From: a virus
Direction: 5' to 3' (one strand)
Length of the DNA: 64,000 bases
IMG/VR virus record: IMGVR_UViG_3300027917_000019
Span: 64,001 to 128,000 of that record
How positions within the stretch are numbered: position 1 is the first letter of the stretch; each line of letters starts with the position of its first letter. Below are positions 57,921-64,000 of this stretch, one piece after another. The notes beneath the pieces were generated by a model that saw only the letters and a program-made list of their open reading frames with translations, ran no database searches and had not been told where the DNA came from. The translations under genes and the position numbers were made by a program.

Positions 57921-57933
57921 TTAGGTTGTCATC

Positions 57934-58113
57934 ATGACCCGCGCGACAGATGTTTTACTCGTGGTTAACGCACTTACCTTGTGCTTTTTAGGTGGGTTTG
58001 CGTTAGGGTTCGATTTGTATATACAAGGATTTGGTTGCTTACTTGGTGCCTTGGTTTTTGAGCAAGTGCATCATCACAGGAAGAGGGGAAGGCATGCAGA
58101 TAACACAGACTAG
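57934..58113 (+). CDS. 59-aa two-TM membrane protein (not in ORF track)
   Basis: MTRATDVLLVVNALTLCFLGGFALGFDLYIQGFGCLLGALVFEQVHHHRKRGRHADNTD*. Fills the gap. Confidence 0.55.
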   Translation: MTRATDVLLVVNALTLCFLGGFALGFDLYIQGFGCLLGALVFEQVHHHRKRGRHADNTD

Positions 58114-58381
58114 GTTTAGGGATCTCAGGGGTAATGCACAGAGTCGCATTCTTGGAGAGGTAGATGAAGTTACGCCTACAGCTCGCGTATTTACAGCCAA
58201 GGGGAAGAAGCGTACTTTGGGCACAGCGGTGGCAGAACATCGTGTGGATATTTGGGGTAATCGTTACATCCTGGTCAACATAAATGCCACCACAGAAGCT
58301 GTAAACCAACAACTCGTGGAGACAGTAAGGGAAAACCTTGCTTACCTTCACCGCAGGATTATCTTCTCCTATGGAAACTGA
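58094..58381 (+). CDS. Hypothetical protein
   Basis: GAGGGG RBS before ATG 58094. Confidence 0.6.
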   Translation: MQITQTRFRDLRGNAQSRILGEVDEVTPTARVFTAKGKKRTLGTAVAEHRVDIWGNRYILVNINATTEAVNQQLVETVRENLAYLHRRIIFSYGN

Positions 58382-58742
58382 AAACGACTGGGCAGATGCT
58401 CTCGGGGACGAAGAATCTTCCCCGCCTGAAGAGGAGATTGTTCTTACAGAAGAGCAGAAGTTGATTCTCATTGCACAGGGAATGCTTCTTCAACAGTTTC
58501 TAGAATCTGAGAAGTTTAGGACTTTTGTCAGCATGAACTATGATCTCATGCGTGACGAAGAGACCAAACTCCTATATGTCGTTGAGGTTCCAGACGACGT
58601 TGCTGCTCAACGCGCTCTTGCGGTCATGAAGACGCACGCGGCAGAGGGTCCTCGCGTGATTACACCGTCGGTTGCTGAGGCGCAGAAGGTCTTGAATGAC
58701 CCAGAGTTCCTCAAGAAAGCAAAGGGCGCACAAAAGGGATGA
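58371..58742 (+). CDS. Hypothetical acidic protein
   Basis: ATG 58371, ATGA coupling downstream. Confidence 0.6.
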   Translation: METENDWADALGDEESSPPEEEIVLTEEQKLILIAQGMLLQQFLESEKFRTFVSMNYDLMRDEETKLLYVVEVPDDVAAQRALAVMKTHAAEGPRVITPSVAEAQKVLNDPEFLKKAKGAQKG

Positions 58743-59029
58743 AAGTATTAGATCGAGTTACCTCCTATGTTTCAAAATTGCTTCTCCCAAAGGCTGATGC
58801 GGAGGATTTTCAGGATTTCTTTGTTGAAGCGTCATACAAGGCGGGACTGAAAGAAGCGTTGGATATTTGTGGTAATGTTCTCGACGAGTGTGACGTCATG
58901 ATTTCTCTATACGAAGATGCAGCTAATGAGCATCCCGTGAGTGAAGCAGCGCAGCGTATCCACACCTACACTGCGCGTAAACAGGGTGTCCTCCAAATCA
59001 GGGACAGGCTTATGTCTCGTCTAGAGTGA
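58739..59029 (+). CDS. Hypothetical protein
   Basis: Coupled 96-aa ORF. Confidence 0.6.
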   Translation: MKVLDRVTSYVSKLLLPKADAEDFQDFFVEASYKAGLKEALDICGNVLDECDVMISLYEDAANEHPVSEAAQRIHTYTARKQGVLQIRDRLMSRLE

Positions 59030-59030
59030 T

Positions 59031-59648
59031 ATGGCTATCGAGGTTGAAGTAGGCCAAGTTTTTGGAGCTTGGGAAGTTCTAGAGAAACTCAGCTATAAGA
59101 ACAAATACAGGTGTATTTGTCAGGCGTGTGGAGAAACCGTTCAAAACATTAGGGTCTACGATCTCGTAAAAGGAAAGACTCTGATGTGTAAGAACTGTTC
59201 TCAAACAAAGAGTACAGAAATCGCACGCCCATTGGAGTACCACACGTGGATAGCTATGAACCAACGCTGCCACAATCCCAACTCGAAGGACTACAAAAAC
59301 TACGGAGCGCGTGGAATCGTTGTCTGCGACCTCTGGCGCAACTCGTTCGAAGCTTTCTACATGTCCATGGGGCCGCGTCCAGAGCCTCATTACACCATTG
59401 AGCGAATAGATACAAACGGAAACTACGAGCCAGGTAATGTAAAATGGGCAACTCGTGCAGAACAGACACGTAACCAACGTTCTAACGTCAACCTAACTAT
59501 CAACAACGAAACTAAGACAGTAGCGGAATGGGCGCTGCACAAAGACTGTTCAGTCAGTCAGTTTGTGATCTACAAACGACTAAAGCGAGGCTGGGACCCT
59601 GAGCGTGCTGTCTTTGAACCAAATACGGTAACTCCTTCAAATGACTAA
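59031..59648 (+). CDS. Free-standing HNH-type homing endonuclease-like protein
   Basis: W..M..RC.NP..YKNYGARGI.VC..W..F..F...MG.RP...IERID.NGNYEPGN..WAT..Q.RN. Confidence 0.85.
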   Translation: MAIEVEVGQVFGAWEVLEKLSYKNKYRCICQACGETVQNIRVYDLVKGKTLMCKNCSQTKSTEIARPLEYHTWIAMNQRCHNPNSKDYKNYGARGIVVCDLWRNSFEAFYMSMGPRPEPHYTIERIDTNGNYEPGNVKWATRAEQTRNQRSNVNLTINNETKTVAEWALHKDCSVSQFVIYKRLKRGWDPERAVFEPNTVTPSND

Positions 59649-59997
59649 GAAACACCGTGAAATTGAGACTACGCGACTAGAGTACAAGAAGGGAACTTCT
59701 AACAAGTTCTACGAAGTCAGGTTGGTTTACGTGCCTGATATGGACGGATATCAAGTTATACGAAAGTGGGGTAGGATCGGGACGCTTGGAGACAGTAGGA
59801 CAGAATACGTGGGTACGGAGTCTACTGCTTGGGACATGTATGCAGATTACCTTGACGCTAAGGAAGCCAAGGGATACAAGCGGGTTAGCGTTACCAAGGG
59901 TGATGCCGTACCTAAGGCTAAACGGAAGCCTCTGCCTAAGGCCAAGAAAGCTGTTGAAACTAAGACTTGGGCAGAGGATGATTGGGATGTTTTGTGA
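59641..59997 (+). CDS. WGR-domain protein
   Basis: SNKFYEV..RKWGRIG..G..K..KGY. Confidence 0.85.
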   Translation: MTKKHREIETTRLEYKKGTSNKFYEVRLVYVPDMDGYQVIRKWGRIGTLGDSRTEYVGTESTAWDMYADYLDAKEAKGYKRVSVTKGDAVPKAKRKPLPKAKKAVETKTWAEDDWDVL

Positions 59998-60527
59998 GCA
60001 AGAAGATCAATAGTAGGAGTAAAGGGAACAGGGGAGAACGTATCCTAGTAAAGAAGTTCTCAAGCTGGTGGGGTAAGGAATTCTACAGAACTCCAGGATC
60101 AGGCTCTTTCGCTACTAGAGGGTACAAGCATGAGGCTATGAGCCTCGCTGGCGATGTTGTTACGACAGATGAGACATTTCCTTTTTGTATCGAGTCTAAG
60201 AACGCAGAAGGGTGGCATCTCGAACAACTTCTAACGTCTCCCAGATGTGACATAATCAAGTGGTGGGAACAGGCTGTTGCTGAAACTCCCGAAGGAAAGA
60301 TTCCTCTCCTCGTGTTCACTAGAAATCACCAACCCCATTTCTTCATGATGCCGATTGACTATTGGTACAAAGTGGCTAATTTGGGGATGGCTTCCCGTTC
60401 AACAGCGGGCTTTATCTTTGAGATAGGCACCACTACAGTCAAATTAGGGCTGTTAGACGAGTTGTTTGAAAGAACCCAACCAGATGCTTGGAGACACCAT
60501 GTCTGCGAAGAAACCCCCCGAGACTGA
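59994..60527 (+). CDS. Holliday junction resolvase (Hjc-like PD-(D/E)xK)
   Basis: SRSKGNRGER, RTPGSG, GD, IESK, WWEQA, PLLVF. Confidence 0.85.
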   Translation: MSKKINSRSKGNRGERILVKKFSSWWGKEFYRTPGSGSFATRGYKHEAMSLAGDVVTTDETFPFCIESKNAEGWHLEQLLTSPRCDIIKWWEQAVAETPEGKIPLLVFTRNHQPHFFMMPIDYWYKVANLGMASRSTAGFIFEIGTTTVKLGLLDELFERTQPDAWRHHVCEETPRD

Positions 60528-60627
60528 CCGTTCAAAGCTTCCAGAGCCTTCTCTACCTAAGTGCCCCTCTTGCGGTAAGAATCCGTTTGAATGTAAGTGT
60601 GGTACTTGGGAGGACTTGAATAAGTGA
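60499..60627 (+). CDS. 42-aa Cys-motif micro-protein (not in ORF track)
   Basis: MSAKKPPETDRSKLPEPSLPKCPSCGKNPFECKCGTWEDLNK*. GGAG RBS, GTGA coupling. Confidence 0.6.
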   Translation: MSAKKPPETDRSKLPEPSLPKCPSCGKNPFECKCGTWEDLNK

Positions 60628-61418
60628 GCACTAAGGGACGTATCAAGTTCACTGTAGCCGGGGCCCACCCGCAGCTCTACATGTTGCGCGACCACCTCAT
60701 CAAAAGGGGATTTGCTCTCGTTTCTCCAGATGAAGATGTTGATTTTGTACTTCAGGGGGGCTTGACTGGTGCTCCAGAGACTTGGCGGCTTGATTGTCCA
60801 AGTTCTGAAATTCCAGTGCTTCTGTTGAGTAGCGATTGGGTCTATTCAGACCGCGATCTGGCTCTCGGGGTTCGCGACAAAGTTCCCATGCGAGAGGATG
60901 ACCCAATTCTATTGCCATCTTCTGCGGAGCCTACAATCGCAAGTACGCTTCAGTACTTGCAAGCGGAGAACTACTTCCTGCGCTATACAAAGACCATGGT
61001 GCTTCGTATCTTCAACATCTATGGTCCTGATATTAAAGAAGGGTTGATTGTAGACTATCTAGACTGTGTTTGCAACGTTACGCCGTTGCCGATCTATGCG
61101 CCAGGGTACCAAACACGCACGTACTTACATCAGACAGATTTCTTGACAATCTTTGATAGGATGGTCCAGCGTTTTCTAGAAGGAACTACCGGCATTTTCA
61201 ACGTAGGGTCTGAGGAGGAAACTTCCATCAAACGCCTTGCAGACTCTGTTTGGCAACTCGCGTACGGTCCATCAACCCCTGTCCAGGTAGAAAAAGTTAG
61301 GGCACCGCGTTCTTATCGTTGGTGGGTCCTTCCTGACTTGACTCGCACCAAGGCCGTGACTAAGTGGAAAGCTAAGGTCACCCTTCGCACTGGTTTGTGG
61401 GAGATGTTGAATGACTGA
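60624..61418 (+). CDS. Degenerate NAD-dependent epimerase/dehydratase (extended SDR)-like protein
   Basis: LLSS..VY, LRIFNIYGP, G.QTRTY.H..D, FNVGS, PD.T..W...L..GL. The GxxGxxG and YxxxK motifs are absent. Confidence 0.7.
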   Translation: MSTKGRIKFTVAGAHPQLYMLRDHLIKRGFALVSPDEDVDFVLQGGLTGAPETWRLDCPSSEIPVLLLSSDWVYSDRDLALGVRDKVPMREDDPILLPSSAEPTIASTLQYLQAENYFLRYTKTMVLRIFNIYGPDIKEGLIVDYLDCVCNVTPLPIYAPGYQTRTYLHQTDFLTIFDRMVQRFLEGTTGIFNVGSEEETSIKRLADSVWQLAYGPSTPVQVEKVRAPRSYRWWVLPDLTRTKAVTKWKAKVTLRTGLWEMLND

Positions 61419-61518
61419 AGAAGAAACTATTGCTCTCGAAGCCTACATGCGTACTCCTCCTGATGATACGAAAGGGGAAGTTGAGGTTTCGGAATCAGGC
61501 GAATGGGACGTTCTGTGA
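61411..61518 (+). CDS. 35-aa acidic micro-protein (not in ORF track)
   Basis: MTEEETIALEAYMRTPPDDTKGEVEVSESGEWDVL*. GGAG RBS; overlaps both neighbours. Confidence 0.55.
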   Translation: MTEEETIALEAYMRTPPDDTKGEVEVSESGEWDVL

Positions 61519-61808
61519 CAGCACACAACACCACAATAGGACGGATTGACCTTGAACGAAGAGTATTAATCACAATTGGTAAGGTGGAATACAACCTTTC
61601 TGACTATCCCAATGTCATGATCCTGATAGATGGGGAGTGGGTGGAGGGGTGGGTCTGGACTCCGATACCTATCATACGTAGCGCTTATTATCTCAAGGTT
61701 GTATTGGCTATAGAAGATGATTGTGTTCACTTTGTGTATGCACTTCCGAGTGTATGTATCCCGGCAGAAACCTTCCCCTTCATGGACGTAAATGCCTGGA
61801 AATCCTAA
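61515..61808 (+). CDS. Hypothetical protein
   Basis: GTGA-coupled start (the track starts at 61503). Confidence 0.55.
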   Translation: MTAHNTTIGRIDLERRVLITIGKVEYNLSDYPNVMILIDGEWVEGWVWTPIPIIRSAYYLKVVLAIEDDCVHFVYALPSVCIPAETFPFMDVNAWKS

Positions 61809-62448
61809 TCGAAAACTGGTTCTAGTAGCAGATACTCACGATCGGTACGGAATGTTCCCTATGCCGGAAGGGGATATCTTGCTCCACGCAGGAGACTTTA
61901 CCTTTCGAGGACGCCCTGATGAGTTGTCTCGTTTTAATGATTGGTTGGATGCACAAGGTAGCTTTGCCCACAAGGTCATCATCCCAGGTAATCATGATTT
62001 GAGTTTTGAAGTCGATTGGTGCGGAGCGGTTGGAAAAGTGCCGGCTGCTGATGCCGTTCTCAACGGTCAGTTGTATGAAGCTTTGGGGCTTAAGATTTGG
62101 GGAGAGCCTCGACAACCAGAGTTCTATAACTGGGCGTTCAACGTATCTCGCGAAGGGATGAAGAAAGTCTGGGAAAAGGTGCCGCCAGACATTGATATCT
62201 TGCTGACACACGGCCCTCCATACGGGGTAGGGGATATGACTCTTCCAAGGAATTTTAAGCTTGGAGAACATGTGGGCTGTAAGTATCAGCGCCAGTGGAT
62301 TGAAGAGAACCAACCGAGGTTGGTGGTGTGTGGGCATATTCACCCAGGATATGGCATCTACATGCTGGGAAATACCCTTGTAGTAAATGCAAGTGTTTGT
62401 ACTGAGGCGTACAAACCTACAAACCCACCCATTGTCCTGCACATCTAA
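61792..62448 (+). CDS. Calcineurin-like metallophosphoesterase (MPPED/239FB-like)
   Basis: DTH, HAGD, GNHD, THGPP, GHIH. Confidence 0.92.
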   Translation: MPGNPNRKLVLVADTHDRYGMFPMPEGDILLHAGDFTFRGRPDELSRFNDWLDAQGSFAHKVIIPGNHDLSFEVDWCGAVGKVPAADAVLNGQLYEALGLKIWGEPRQPEFYNWAFNVSREGMKKVWEKVPPDIDILLTHGPPYGVGDMTLPRNFKLGEHVGCKYQRQWIEENQPRLVVCGHIHPGYGIYMLGNTLVVNASVCTEAYKPTNPPIVLHI

Positions 62449-62460
62449 GCGTGCTATACT
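62432..62460 (+). promoter_or_regulatory. Sigma70-type promoter TTGTCC-17-TATACT (extended TG)
   Basis: Predicted +1 is about 62467, 2 nt before ATG 62469, and there is no SD. Confidence 0.6.
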
Positions 62461-62468
62461 TCGCTTAA

Positions 62469-62711
62469 ATGCGGCGTTGGTTTATTCGTGATTTTCAATC
62501 AGATGATCTCACGGAAGTTGTTGACTTCCGTGAAGCGGAACTTCTTGCACGAAAACTGAGTAAAGAAAACGAGTCTGGATTGATGGAGGTATTAGTCGAG
62601 GAGACTAATGGCCTCCTTTTTGTTACTGGCATCTTCCTGCGAGGCAGGAAGAGATACCAAGGCAAGAAAGCTAGGGAAAGTAGTGCCAATGGGCTACCTC
62701 CCACACTTTGA
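62469..62711 (+). CDS. Hypothetical protein
   Basis: 80 aa downstream of the promoter. Confidence 0.6.
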   Translation: MRRWFIRDFQSDDLTEVVDFREAELLARKLSKENESGLMEVLVEETNGLLFVTGIFLRGRKRYQGKKARESSANGLPPTL

Positions 62712-62718
62712 TTTGTAA

Positions 62719-62747
62719 TTGACAACTCCTTCAGTATTTGGTACCTT
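62719..62747 (+). promoter_or_regulatory. Sigma70-type promoter TTGACA-17-TACCTT (extended TG)
   Basis: Perfect -35 and 17-bp spacer, in the AT-rich intergenic region upstream of ATG 62837. Confidence 0.65.
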
Positions 62748-62836
62748 TACTTGTATCTGTATCATGAGGGTAGGACTAACTTCCGGGAGGGACGACTCGG
62801 GTTACTGTGCTTTCATAAAGGCAAGGAACAACTGAA

Positions 62837-64000
62837 ATGGCACTAGGCGTAATTGCGGACCCCAACTCTCTGTCCCAGGGTGAGGAAACCGTTGTGTCTG
62901 ATTGGGTGGTTGGCACACCCACAGGGCTGAATGTTACTCATACTTCTGCTGGCGCTAACTTTGAAGTCCTAGCAGCTGGAGATTTCTTTGAAATCCGTGA
63001 TCACAGTGTTGCTGTGAACAACGGACTTTACATTGCAACCGGTACGCCTAGTGCAAGCTCTCTACCCAGCACAAAGGTTACAGGAAGCGCTCCGTCAGCC
63101 TCTGGGTCTGAATCTGCGAGCATGTTCTCTAAGGTAACTACTGCTGTCTCTGACATGGTTTTTGCAAACCAGAGCGTGCGAGTGGTAGACATTACCTCAG
63201 CCCTCAGTGAGCTTCCTGCACTGGTAGTTGGGTCTAGATTCGTTGTTGGAGACCACTCAGACCCAGATAACAACGGTACGTATGAAGTAACTGTCGTCAA
63301 TACTTCAACGAGTGACTACACCTGTACTAAGCTAGACCTTTCTACCAACGATCCGAATAACGCAGCTTCGGAAGCTGCTACTACTATCCATGCTGACAAG
63401 AGTGTCATGTACGACACTGCAGCACTGGATATCTATCTCATGGAGAATGGTGGTCTCGACCTAGACGGTGTTCTAGGACAGGCGTTGTATTCTTTCACGG
63501 TAATTTCCTGGAAGGACGATGACTTCCTCATTGCAAACGCACCGTTCCCGATGCTTTGTATCGACGCTGACGCTGGTAAGTACTTCGTAGGTCAGGACCC
63601 GTCTGGTAACAACTCCGGTTGGCAGATGGCTGACAACGCTACACACAGCATTAGGACCACAAAGCTTCCCAGGAACATGGGATGGTCCGAGGTTAGTGCT
63701 GCGGGTGTCTTGAATAAGCAGTATGCGGGTATTCGAACCCTTGGTGCTTTCCTAGACGAGACTCCTGGTACTGGTGACACGGCTTACTATCACTTCGGGT
63801 CTGATACCACGGTAGATGACACTGTAAGCTTTACTTTTGCTGGTCCTGTAAATGAGCCTATCGAGGTTTACAACGGCCTAGCAACGCCGGCCGATCCGTC
63901 TCCAGGATTTGCTATCACAGTAACCAACACTATCACTAGAGCTGACGGTGGAAACTGGAGAACCGACGGCTACAAGGTCGGCGGTCAGATTGTTATCATT
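62837..64000 (+). CDS. Probable virion structural protein (3'-truncated; not in ORF track)
   Basis: AAGGA RBS and 388 open codons to the window end. Two N-terminal repeats (VSD..TSA..G..F...DHS...NNG.Y...TK), then a DGV.GQALYSF..W...FPM..GW.E block. Confidence 0.75.
   Translation, partial: MALGVIADPNSLSQGEETVVSDWVVGTPTGLNVTHTSAGANFEVLAAGDFFEIRDHSVAVNNGLYIATGTPSASSLPSTKVTGSAPSASGSESASMFSKVTTAVSDMVFANQSVRVVDITSALSELPALVVGSRFVVGDHSDPDNNGTYEVTVVNTSTSDYTCTKLDLSTNDPNNAASEAATTIHADKSVMYDTAALDIYLMENGGLDLDGVLGQALYSFTVISWKDDDFLIANAPFPMLCIDADAGKYFVGQDPSGNNSGWQMADNATHSIRTTKLPRNMGWSEVSAAGVLNKQYAGIRTLGAFLDETPGTGDTAYYHFGSDTTVDDTVSFTFAGPVNEPIEVYNGLATPADPSPGFAITVTNTITRADGGNWRTDGYKVGGQIVII

Noticed and set aside
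59031-59648. Group I intron or intein associated with the HNH gene
   Set aside because: The flanking ORFs are intact and tightly packed. PolA, DnaB and RecA show no intein-sized insertions or splice motifs.
60624-62448. DNA hypermodification pathway (SDR + phosphoesterase + dNMP kinase + MazG)
   Set aside because: No glycosyltransferase, thymidylate synthase/hydroxymethylase, PurZ or Dpd/Que genes are visible in the window, and the SDR looks inactive.
1-64000. Stop-codon reassignment
   Set aside because: Genes are full-length in code 11, and TAA, TGA and TAG all end genes (TAG at 46419 and 42899).
1-64000. tRNA genes, CRISPR array, DGR or invertible tail-fibre cassette
   Set aside because: Intergenic gaps are tiny. 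I saw no cloverleaf, spaced direct repeats, reverse transcriptase or invertase. The 5189/5855 repeat differs at all base types rather than specifically at adenines.

Overview
The window is a 64-kb slice of a large contractile-tailed (myovirus) phage genome. All credible genes are on the + strand and are densely packed. 1-31.9 kb is a virion and lysis module in SPO1/phage K (Herelleviridae)-like order: neck and tail completion, sheath, an extra sheath-domain protein, tube, tail assembly chaperones with a probable +1/-2 frameshift, tape measure, an M23-containing hub, spike, a LysM/gp25 fusion, baseplate J, wedge, beta-helix tailspike, LamG protein, holin/spanin candidates and a GH25 endolysin. 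31.9-62.7 kb is a replication, recombination and accessory module: two orphan MTases, a UvsW-like helicase, a DEDDh nuclease, a J-domain protein, DnaB, a ClpX-type Zn finger, primase, CobS/CobT-like AAA-vWA pair, MazG, a myxobacterial-type Cys-rich vWA lipoprotein, YkgJ, family A polymerase, UvsY, gp32-type SSB, RecA, SbcCD, dNMP kinase, HNH, WGR, resolvase, a degenerate SDR and a metallophosphoesterase. A second structural-looking gene starts at 62837 and runs off the end. The Cys-rich lipoprotein suggests a Myxococcota host (inference). The most unusual items are the phage-borne CglB/CglD-like vWA lipoprotein inside a vWA-rich cluster, a lipoprotein-free spanin-like pair, nested beta-domain modules across many virion proteins, leaderless sigma70-type transcripts and five micro-ORFs missed by the ORF track. 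I saw no tRNA, rRNA, CRISPR array, integrase, intron or intein. All family assignments come from motif recognition by eye, not from database searches.
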